From: Pyrinomonadaceae bacterium
Lineage (GTDB): Bacteria; Acidobacteriota; Blastocatellia; Pyrinomonadales; Pyrinomonadaceae
NCBI GenBank assembly: GCA_035644995.1
Contig: DASQNL010000652.1
Location: forward strand, 1 to 15,898
Direction: 5' to 3'
DNA length: 15,898 nucleotides
The notes under the pieces were generated by a model. That model was not told the DNA's origin, searched no databases, and saw nothing but the letters and a program-made list of their open reading frames with translations. This document shows positions 1 to 6,835 of this stretch, one piece after another (positions within the stretch are counted from its first letter, which is position 1; every line of letters starts with the position of its first letter). The translations under genes were made by a program, and so were the position numbers.

Positions 1-46
1 TTGCTCAAGCGTTGCTGTTTAAGAACGGGTTTCGTATCGTAGAGAC

Positions 47-118
47 GGCAGATGAGCAAGTAGAGTGCGATAAGTTTAGTTTCCACAAAACCATCTTATC
101 CCTCATTGCTCATCTGCC
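47..118. repeat. 13-bp perfect inverted repeat (GGCAGATGAGCAA 47-59 / TTGCTCATCTGCC 106-118) separated by 46 nt, upstream of the TPR gene
   Basis: Read directly from the sequence. The arms are exact reverse complements. Function is unknown. Confidence 0.6.
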
Positions 119-238
119 TCCTCTACTCCTGATTCGCATAATCTATTGCAACTCATGCTTTCGCGTCCGGCATTAAGCCGAGATACGGAGTCGTTATGAC
201 AAACCGTGACACCCTGGAATGCTGTGCGGAGGCCTTAG

Positions 239-877
239 ATGGGGTTCCTGAACGCCCTTAAATTACGTAACCGGAGCGAAGCGGCGGAAGATGAATCCGG
301 TAAACCGTCCCTCGTCTCTGTACACAGTGCCCGACAACATTATGAGGCGGGCATGGCGCTGGCCGGGCAGGGCTTATACCGGGAAGCGATAGAAGCGTTT
401 CAACAGGCGACTTTGAAACAGCCGCACGACGCCAAGTTACATTACCATCAAGGCCGAATGTATGACATGCTCGGCCGGGTAGATAAGGCGCTGGTATGTT
501 ACGAGCAAGCCGTCCGGTTGAAGGCCGACTATATAGAGGCCTGTAACGATTTAGGGGTCGTCTACAGCAAACTCGGGCGCAATGTTGAGGCGATAACACT
601 ATTTCACAAGACGCTGCGACAGAGTCCCGGCTATGTAGAGGCGCTCAATAATCTAGGGGTTGCATATTACAATTGGGGCAGTTACGCCGAGGCCATTAAA
701 GCCTGCCGCAAGGCCATTCAGATTAACCGGGCTTATCCAAATTCCTATTATTTACTGGGTCTCATCTATATTGATCTGAAGGATAAAGAGATGGCTCTCG
801 AAGCTCAGCGAACGCTTCAGGAACTTGACCCCGAAACGTCGCGTCAATTATTGGAGCAGATTTACAAACAATTCTAG
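239..877 (+). CDS. Tetratricopeptide (TPR) repeat protein, 212 aa
   Basis: GGAGG (228-232) lies 6 nt before the ATG. The translation shows several tandem ~34-aa TPR-like units, e.g. AIEAFQQATLKQPHDAKLHYHQGRMY, ALVCYEQAVRLKADYIEACNDLGVVY, AITLFHKTLRQSPGYVEALNNLGVAY, AIKACRKAIQINRAYPNSYYLLGLIY. G+C is lower than in the fad region. Confidence 0.85.
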   Translation: MGFLNALKLRNRSEAAEDESGKPSLVSVHSARQHYEAGMALAGQGLYREAIEAFQQATLKQPHDAKLHYHQGRMYDMLGRVDKALVCYEQAVRLKADYIEACNDLGVVYSKLGRNVEAITLFHKTLRQSPGYVEALNNLGVAYYNWGSYAEAIKACRKAIQINRAYPNSYYLLGLIYIDLKDKEMALEAQRTLQELDPETSRQLLEQIYKQF

Positions 878-896
878 CCCCTGACATCAAGTTTGA

Positions 897-1431
897 AGCG
901 CAGTCAGCCTCCCGTTGGCCGACGCCGGCGCGCGCCTCGACCTCAGGCGGACGCTCTCCGAGCATGCGCTTGCCGGCGAGCCGTCCGCGGCTATCGTAAG
1001 CTCCGTAGCGCTCACGTCGCCGCTTGCGCGCGCCGCGCAGGTGGAGGTGGAGCGTCCCGCCCTGTCGCTTGTCACGCCAGACGTGGCGGTAGATCGTCTC
1101 GTGGCTGATTGAAAGCCGCCCCAGGCGGGCGAGGCGGGCGGCGACTTGCTCAGGACTCCACAGCCGACAGAGCAGTTCGTCCATCGGCGCGAAGTCCTCC
1201 GCCGAGAAACGGCTGTCGCGGCGTGAGCGTGCGCGGCGGCCGTTCGTCCTTTCCTGTGCCGTAGTGGCGCGGTAGCAGCCGTCAGTCCGGGTGCTGTTGC
1301 GGCTGAGTTCACGGCAGATGGTGGAGCGGTGGCGACCGGGCGCGCGTGCGATCTGTGATTGGTTGTAGCCTTGCCTTACTGAGCGCGGCGAGCATATCTC
1401 TCTCCTCGGGGGAGAGCCGGCGGTACGTCAT
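897..1431 (-). pseudogene. IS30-family transposase remnant, N-terminal part only, frameshifted and 3'-truncated
   Basis: The minus-strand ATG at 1431 reads MTYRRLSPEERDMLAALSK and then terminates. After a 1-nt frame change near 1375-1385 the reading continues as QGYNQSQIARAPGRHRSTICRELSRNS...WSPEQVAARL...ISHETIYRHVW...ERPPEVEARAGVGQREAD. These are the HTH and linker motifs typical of IS30 transposases. No DDE catalytic core follows. Similarity and high G+C stop at about 897, only ~20 bp from the TPR stop codon. The left boundary is approximate. Confidence 0.75.
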
Positions 1432-1731
1432 GACATAAGACCTCTTCGTGTTGGTTGGAGTCTTAGTCAGTATTGCGGCTCACCTCCACTTGAGGGAAGC
1501 CTGTTGCACTTAGTATATGAATCCGCGAGTGATAACTCACCCTTCGGCATCGTTTGGCAGAGAGAGCGCGCCGAAGACGCGTTCGAGGTCAGACCGCCTC
1601 ATTTTGTTTGTCGCAGGTGACCAAGTCATGCTTCTTTTCATCCCTGGGGGTTGTGAACGTATCGCATTTAAACGCTGATAACTCCCGCCACTCCTGCTCA
1701 AGAACCGATGGAAACTGTTTCAAAGTGTCAG

Positions 1732-1860
1732 TTCGTGCATAAAGTGCGAATTCCCGCCACCAACTATCAACAACTTACAGTAATAATTCGCTCATAAAGC
1801 GAGAAATTATTCGTGCATAAAGTGCGAAAATGCATTACTTTTCGTGCATAAAGTGAGAAT
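1732..1860 (+). repeat. Cluster of four 20-bp direct repeats, consensus TTCGTGCATAAAGTGCGAAW, upstream of the SWIM gene
   Basis: Copies: 1732-1751 TTCGTGCATAAAGTGCGAAT, 1787-1806 TTCGCTCATAAAGCGAGAAA, 1810-1829 TTCGTGCATAAAGTGCGAAA, 1841-1860 TTCGTGCATAAAGTGAGAAT. All are in the same orientation. Each has a TTCG...CGAA/AGAA outer dyad. Confidence 0.8.
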
Positions 1861-1910
1861 TAGCCGGGAAGTAAACAAAATAGAAATTTGTGGTTCCCTG
1901 TAGAGGTTGC

Positions 1911-2909
1911 ATGGCTGAGGGAAAGTTGCCCCGGCTGACCGAGGCGCACATACGTAATCTTGCCGTTGCGCCGAGCTTCGAGCGCGGCCAAGCCTACTAT
2001 CGTGACGGAGCAGTTCTAGACCCTATCTGCCAAGAGTCCAGCCTGCGCGCCCAGTGTGAAGGCTCAGACTATGAGCCGTATCAGGTCAGTGCGACGCTCG
2101 GCAAAGGCGGCATCGCAGAAACTTCCTGCACCTGTCCTTATGACTATGGCGGCATCTGCAAGCACATCGTCGCCCTGCTGCTGACATACATACACAAACC
2201 ACAGTCATTCCGTTTCATACCGCCACTCGGCAAGTTGCTCGCCAGGCGCAGCCAAGAGGAACTCATCACCCTCATCGGCGAGATGATCAAGATAGAGCCA
2301 GAATTGCTGTCGCTGGTCGAACTCTCTATCGCAACCGAAGAAGCCCGGCAAGACCAGCCGTTGGATGTGACAGCGTATCGCCGTCAGGCGCGGCGGGCGC
2401 TGCGACACGAGCACCTGCACATGGTAGAGAAAGAATTGCGAGCGTTACGAGAACTGGCCGCCCGTTCGGCTAAGGCTGACAACTGGCTGAACGCAGGCGC
2501 GATCTATCACGCGGTTCTCGACGAGACGGTTCGCGGCTACGAAGACCTATTGTGGGAGATGGATGAGGACGGCGAGATCGCCGTCCTGATTGACGAGTTC
2601 GCGCTGGGGTTGAGCCAGTCTCTCAAGAAAAGTAAGGCCGACGACCAGACGCGCCGGGCGTGGCTGGGGGCGCTCTTGGAGGCTGAACTGGCCGACATCA
2701 AAATGGGCGGAATTGACCTCGCGCCGAGCGCCCGCGAGGCGGTTTTAGAACACGCCGATGATGAGGAGTGGGGGTGGATTGAGAAGCGTCTCGAAACTGC
2801 TATCTCGAAGTGCCGCGACTGGGGACGGGAAGCGCTGGTGAGGTTTTTATCTGCGGGGCAGAAGCGGCACGGGCGCGCAGGTGAAAGCAAAACAGCCCGA
2901 AAGAGATGA
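1911..2909 (+). CDS. SWIM zinc-finger domain protein
   Basis: The CxCx(n)CxH SWIM signature is in TSCTCPYDYGGICKHIVALLL. The rest is helical and acidic. I prefer the ATG at 1911 (GAGG 1903-1906 upstream) to the GTG at 1890 listed in the ORF track. Confidence 0.8.
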   Translation: MAEGKLPRLTEAHIRNLAVAPSFERGQAYYRDGAVLDPICQESSLRAQCEGSDYEPYQVSATLGKGGIAETSCTCPYDYGGICKHIVALLLTYIHKPQSFRFIPPLGKLLARRSQEELITLIGEMIKIEPELLSLVELSIATEEARQDQPLDVTAYRRQARRALRHEHLHMVEKELRALRELAARSAKADNWLNAGAIYHAVLDETVRGYEDLLWEMDEDGEIAVLIDEFALGLSQSLKKSKADDQTRRAWLGALLEAELADIKMGGIDLAPSAREAVLEHADDEEWGWIEKRLETAISKCRDWGREALVRFLSAGQKRHGRAGESKTARKR

Positions 2910-2961
2910 TCAAGCAGGAAGCAAACCGCATCACGGAACGGACACAACAGGCAGAGATGAA

Positions 2962-3477
2962 ATGGAACAGAACGACCGACAGGAAACGCTAAAGGCAGCC
3001 CTTCATTATTTTTATCGGGATAACTCAAGGTCTGGCTCACATTGCCGCTACAGCCTGCAATATCACCTCGTCTGGATTCCGAAATACCGCCGAAGTTTCT
3101 TGGTTGGTGAGATAGCCGAGAGGCTGAAACAGATACTCAAAGAGATTGCCCATGATTATCGTATTCACATTATCGCCATGGAGGCGATGCCCGTCCACGT
3201 TCATATGCTGGTTGAAGCACCGCCCAAATATGCGCCTGCAAAGATCGTTCAACTTTTCAAAGGCATCTCGTCGAGGAGGCTCAGGCGGGAATTTCTCGAC
3301 CTGATAAAGAGGTACATCTGGAAAGAAGGAACTCTGTGGGCAATCGGCTACTACATCGGCAGCGTGAGCGATAAAGTCTCAACGGAACTTGTAAAGAAAT
3401 ACATCAGGAATCAGAAGTCGAAAGATGAAAAACTGAAACAACAAACAGAATATGTTCAGGCAAGCCTTTTCGGTTAA
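2962..3477 (+). CDS. tnpA: IS200/IS605-family Y1 (HUH) transposase TnpA
   Basis: Hallmark motifs are present: YSLQYHLVWIPKYRR, the HUH motif in PVHVHMLVEAPPKY, and a C-terminal helix with the catalytic Tyr region LWAIGYYIGSVSDKVSTELVKKYIRNQ. I placed the start at the first ATG (2962). The GTG at 2881 in the track would overlap the SWIM gene and has no SD. Confidence 0.85.
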   Translation: MEQNDRQETLKAALHYFYRDNSRSGSHCRYSLQYHLVWIPKYRRSFLVGEIAERLKQILKEIAHDYRIHIIAMEAMPVHVHMLVEAPPKYAPAKIVQLFKGISSRRLRREFLDLIKRYIWKEGTLWAIGYYIGSVSDKVSTELVKKYIRNQKSKDEKLKQQTEYVQASLFG

Positions 3478-3516
3478 GGCGTGTGTCAACATCCATTTAA
3501 GGCGTTATGTTTGCGC

Positions 3517-3545
3517 TTGCTGAATGAATGCTCATTCAGTATGAT
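3517..3545 (+). promoter_or_regulatory. Candidate sigma70-type promoter of the fad operon with a palindromic operator in the spacer
   Basis: TTGCTG (3517-3522), a 17-nt spacer, then TATGAT (3540-3545). The spacer holds the perfect dyad CTGAATGA-ATGC-TCATTCAG (3520-3539). The site is 45 nt upstream of the fadN ATG, with RBS GGAGAAAGG at 3571-3579. The dyad could instead be a tnpA terminator or an IS200 end hairpin. Confidence 0.4.
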
Positions 3546-3589
3546 ATGTGGCCTCTCGCACGAGACTTTTGGAGAAAGGTTCTTCCCCT

Positions 3590-6001
3590 ATGCTTCGGAT
3601 CGAACGAGCGGCGGTGCTGGGCGCGGGTACGATGGGCGCGCAGATCGCCGCGCACCTGGCGAACGCCGGAATTCCCGTCCTCTTGCTGGACATCGCGCCG
3701 CGCGAACTCACGCCCGATGAACAGGCCAAAGGCTTGACCCTCGACGCGCGCGCCGTGCGCAACCGCATCGCGCAGGCCGGACTCGACGCGGCGAAGCGCG
3801 CGAAGCCCGCCGCCTTCTTCACCACGGACGCGGCTGCGCTCGTCGCGGTCGGGAATTTTGAAGACGACATGGCGCGTCTGAAAGATTGCGATCTGGTCAT
3901 CGAAGCGGTCGTCGAGAATCTGGAGATCAAGCGAAAGCTCTACGCGCAGGTTGAGCAGCACCGGCGCGCTTCGTCGGTCATCGCGTCGAACACGAGCGGC
4001 ATCCCCATCCGCGCCATCGCCGAAGGGTTCTCGGAAGACTTTCGCGCGCACTTCCTCGGCATACACTTCTTCAATCCGCCGCGCTACCTCCACTTGTGCG
4101 AACTGATCCCGACCGAATGGACGCGCGCGGAGGTGGCCTGCGCCGTCTTCGGCTTCCTCGATCAAAGACTCGGCAAGGGCGTCGTCATTGCGAAGGATCG
4201 CCCGAACTTCATCGCCAACCGCATCGGCACTTACGGCGCGCTCGTCTCGATCAAGACGATGCTCGAAGACGGCTACACCATCGAAGAAGTTGACCGGATG
4301 ACGGGGCAGGCCGTCGGTCGCCCGAAGTCGGCCACCTTCCGCACGTTCGACATCGTCGGCCTTGACGTGTTCGCGCACGTCGCGCGTAATCTCTACGAGG
4401 CCGTACCCGAAGACGAGGAGCGCGAGGTGTTCGTCGCGCCGGAATTTTTGCAAGGGATGATCGGGCGCGGCATCCTCGGCAACAAGACGAAAGGCGGCTT
4501 CTACCGCAAGCAAAAAGGCGAGGGCGAGAAACAGGAAATCTGGACGCTCGACCACGCCTCGCTCGAATATCGCCCCGCCGAGAAAGTTAAACTGCCCGCG
4601 CTGGAGATGGCGAAAAACGTGGAAGACGTGGGCGAGCGCATCAAGGCTCTCGTCTGGTCGCGGGATCGCGTCGGCGCGTTTTTGTGGAAGACCATCTCAC
4701 GCACTCTGCGCTACGCGGCGAACCGCATCCCGGAGATCGCGAACAACGTGGTGGACGTTGACCGCGCGATGCGCTGGGGCTTCAACTGGGAACTCGGCGT
4801 CTTCGAGACGTGGGACGCCATCGGTGTTGAGAAGTCGGTCGCGCGCATGCGCGAGGAAGGCGCGGCCGTTCCCGCGAACGTGGAGCGAATGCTTGAGGCG
4901 GGCGCGCATAGTTTTTACCGGACGGAGGGGGGCGCGCGTTTCTATTTCGATTTCGATAAACTCGACTACCAGCCGTTGAACGAACCGGCGGGCGTGCTCG
5001 TCTTGAAGTCGGTTAAGGATCGCACGGGCGTGGTGAAGAAGAACGCGGGCGCGTCTTTGATCGACATCGGCGACGGCGTGGCGTGTCTGGAATTTCATTC
5101 CAAGATGAACGCCATCGGCGGCGATACGATCCAGATGCTCAAGTGGTCGCTCGCCGAAGTGGAGCGAAACTTCGTCGGCTTAGTGGTCGGCAATCAGGCG
5201 CAGTATTTCTCGGTCGGCGCGAACCTGATGCTCATCCTTTTGGAAGCGCAGGAGGAGAACTGGGAAGACATCGATTTGATGGTGCGCGAGTTTCAACGCG
5301 CGACGATGAGTTTGCGCTATTCGTCGAAGCCGGTCGTCGTCGCGCCGTTCGGCCTCGTGCCCGGCGGCGGCTGCGAGGTGACGATTCACGGCGACCGCAT
5401 CCGCGCTTCGGCCGAGTTGTACATCGGTCTGGTCGAGGCGGGCGTCGGCGTCATCCCGGCGGGCGGCGGGACGAAGGAGATGCTCATGCGCGCGCTCGAT
5501 TCGATCCCGAAGGGGATGGACGACGCAGACCCGTTCCCGTTCGTCAAACGCGCCTTCGAGACGATTGCGCTGGCGCGTGTCGCCACGTCGGCCGGAGAGG
5601 CGCGGCAGTTGGGCTTCCTGCGCGACGAGGATTCCGTCACGATGAACCCGGATCGTCTCATCGCCGACGCCAAACAGGACGTGCTCGCGCTCGCGCGCGG
5701 CGGCTACACCGAACCGCAGCCGCGCACGGACATCCTCGCGCTCGGAAACCCCGCGCTCGCCACTCTGAAACTCGGCATCCACCAGATGAAACGCGGCGGC
5801 TTCATCTCCGACTACGACGCGCACATCGGCGAACGGCTCGCGCGCATCCTGACGGGCGGCGATCTCAACCACCCGACGCGCGTCAGCGAACAATACCTGC
5901 TCGACCTCGAACGCGAGGCGTTCCTCTCGCTCTGCGGCCAACGCAAGACGCAGGAGCGCATGGCGGCCATGCTCAAGACCGGCAAGCCGCTCAGGAATTA
6001 G
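3590..6001 (+). CDS. fadN: Bifunctional 3-hydroxyacyl-CoA dehydrogenase / enoyl-CoA hydratase (FadN-type, dehydrogenase domain first)
   Basis: The N-terminus carries a Rossmann motif, AAVLGAGTMGAQIAAHLANAGIPVLLLDI. The 3HCDH core is VIEAVVENLEIKRKLY...SNTSGIPI...HFFNPPRYLHLCELIP. The C-terminal half has a crotonase fold (LEFHSKMNAIGGD...VVAPFGLVPGGGCEV...GLVEAGVGVIPAGGGT). I took the start at ATG 3590 behind the GGAGAAAGG RBS rather than 3548. Confidence 0.93.
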   Translation: MLRIERAAVLGAGTMGAQIAAHLANAGIPVLLLDIAPRELTPDEQAKGLTLDARAVRNRIAQAGLDAAKRAKPAAFFTTDAAALVAVGNFEDDMARLKDCDLVIEAVVENLEIKRKLYAQVEQHRRASSVIASNTSGIPIRAIAEGFSEDFRAHFLGIHFFNPPRYLHLCELIPTEWTRAEVACAVFGFLDQRLGKGVVIAKDRPNFIANRIGTYGALVSIKTMLEDGYTIEEVDRMTGQAVGRPKSATFRTFDIVGLDVFAHVARNLYEAVPEDEEREVFVAPEFLQGMIGRGILGNKTKGGFYRKQKGEGEKQEIWTLDHASLEYRPAEKVKLPALEMAKNVEDVGERIKALVWSRDRVGAFLWKTISRTLRYAANRIPEIANNVVDVDRAMRWGFNWELGVFETWDAIGVEKSVARMREEGAAVPANVERMLEAGAHSFYRTEGGARFYFDFDKLDYQPLNEPAGVLVLKSVKDRTGVVKKNAGASLIDIGDGVACLEFHSKMNAIGGDTIQMLKWSLAEVERNFVGLVVGNQAQYFSVGANLMLILLEAQEENWEDIDLMVREFQRATMSLRYSSKPVVVAPFGLVPGGGCEVTIHGDRIRASAELYIGLVEAGVGVIPAGGGTKEMLMRALDSIPKGMDDADPFPFVKRAFETIALARVATSAGEARQLGFLRDEDSVTMNPDRLIADAKQDVLALARGGYTEPQPRTDILALGNPALATLKLGIHQMKRGGFISDYDAHIGERLARILTGGDLNHPTRVSEQYLLDLEREAFLSLCGQRKTQERMAAMLKTGKPLRN

Positions 6002-6082
6002 TTTCAGGTTTCAGGTTTCAGGTTTCAGGACTGACGGGTTCTTCCTGCTGTAACCTGAAACTTGAAACTCGAAACTTGAAAC
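6001..6082 (+). repeat. Heptamer-array hairpin element, copy 1: (GTTTCAG)x4, 26-nt loop, CTGAAAC TTGAAAC TCGAAAC TTGAAAC
   Basis: Read directly: left array 6001-6028 (four perfect units), loop 6029-6054 (GACTGACGGGTTCTTCCTGCTGTAAC), right array 6055-6082. The first G of the element is the G of the fadN TAG stop codon. Confidence 0.9.
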
Positions 6083-6087
6083 CCGCT

Positions 6088-6561
6088 ATGGATTACCCTG
6101 TGACGCCCGCCGTGAGGTTGCTGCGGGAGCGCAAAATAGAGTTTGAGCCGCACCTCTACGCTTACGAGGAGCGCGGCGGCACGCGCCACTCGGCCGCCGC
6201 GCTCGGCGTGGACGAGCACGCGGTCGTCAAGACGCTCGTGATGGAGACGGAGGCGCGCAAACCGCTCATCGTCCTGATGCACGGCGACCGCGAAGTCTCG
6301 ACGAAGAACCTGGCGCGCGTCATAGGCGCAAAGAGCGTGCAGCCGTGCGACCCGGCAAAGGCGCAGAAGCACACGGGCTACCTCGTCGGCGGCACAAGCC
6401 CCCTGGGGACGCGCACACGGCTGCCCGTCTACGTCGAGCGCACGATCTTCGCGTTGCCGAAGATTTACCTCAACGGCGGCAAGCGCGGCTTTCTCGTCGG
6501 GATTGAGCCGAACGTTTTGCATGAGTTATTGTCAGCCGAAGAAGTTGAAGTAGCCATCTAG
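6088..6561 (+). CDS. ybaK: Cys-tRNA(Pro)/Cys-tRNA(Cys) deacylase, YbaK/EbsC family, 157 aa
   Basis: The translation MDYPVTPAVRLLRERKIEFEPHLYAYEE...AVVKTLVME...LIVLMHGDREVSTKNLAR...HTGYLVGGTSPLG...PVYVERTIFALPKIYLNGGKRGFLVGIEP matches the YbaK family layout. The listed ORF from 5083 is read-through of the fadN 3' end in another frame. Confidence 0.87.
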   Translation: MDYPVTPAVRLLRERKIEFEPHLYAYEERGGTRHSAAALGVDEHAVVKTLVMETEARKPLIVLMHGDREVSTKNLARVIGAKSVQPCDPAKAQKHTGYLVGGTSPLGTRTRLPVYVERTIFALPKIYLNGGKRGFLVGIEPNVLHELLSAEEVEVAI

Positions 6562-6577
6562 GGACGCGAGGTGCGAG

Positions 6578-6835
6578 ATGCAGAATATTTACAAGCGCCC
6601 GCTGGTATTAGAACCGCAACCGGAAGGCGGCTACACGATTACCTGCCCGCTTTTGCCTGAATTGATTACCGAGGCTGACACGTTGGATGAGGTGATGACA
6701 AACGTCTCGGATGCTCTGGCGGCGGTAATCGAATCTTATGTAGACACGAAGCAGCCTTTGCCGGAGATTCTCAAACCGTTGAATCCCAACTCGCCGTTGT
6801 GGACGGAGACGCTCGTGTCTGTGAAAGCGGCATGA
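6578..6835 (+). CDS. hicB: HicB-family antitoxin (UPF0150-type, no obvious DNA-binding domain), 85 aa
   Basis: EPQPEGGYTITCPLLPELITEADTLDEVMTNVSDALAAVIESY is the typical HicB/UPF0150 RNase H-like fold signature. GAGGTG RBS lies upstream. Its TGA overlaps the ATG of the next gene (ATGA). Confidence 0.8.
   Translation: MQNIYKRPLVLEPQPEGGYTITCPLLPELITEADTLDEVMTNVSDALAAVIESYVDTKQPLPEILKPLNPNSPLWTETLVSVKAA

Noticed and set aside
762-896. 3' part of the 140-aa minus-strand ORF 762-1184
   Set aside because: Beyond about 897 the frame merely reads through the antisense of the TPR gene. IS30 similarity and high G+C stop there.
1435-1464. Small imperfect hairpin TAAGACCTC..GGAGTCTTA just upstream of the IS30 ATG (minus strand)
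   Set aside because: Only about 6 contiguous base pairs form. This is too weak to call as an IS terminal structure or regulatory hairpin from one copy.
1554-1742. 62-aa plus-strand ORF, and a ~45-57 codon minus-strand open frame (1590-1760) without ATG
   Set aside because: Neither has an RBS, a motif or a credible start. The region is better described as non-coding DNA flanking the IS30 relic and the 20-bp repeats.
2881-2961. GTG start at 2881 for tnpA (198-aa version)
   Set aside because: It would overlap the SWIM gene end and lacks an SD. The added 27 residues are not part of the Y1 transposase fold, so the first ATG at 2962 is preferred.
3536-4555. 339-aa minus-strand ORF, plus 3532-3930, 4697-5098 and 5180-5941, antisense to fadN
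   Set aside because: These have the same high-G+C antisense artefact pattern. The fadN frame carries clear Rossmann, 3HCDH and crotonase motifs.
6001-6082. Possible CRISPR array, because the repeat starts GTTTCA..
   Set aside because: The period is 7 nt with no spacers. The two halves are inverted rather than direct, and no cas genes are present. It is a microsatellite-built hairpin, not a CRISPR.
5083-6087. 5' two-thirds of the 492-aa plus-strand ORF 5083-6561
   Set aside because: This part is an out-of-frame, Arg-rich reading of the fadN 3' half that runs through the heptamer hairpin. Only the part from ATG 6088 (YbaK) has family-like sequence.
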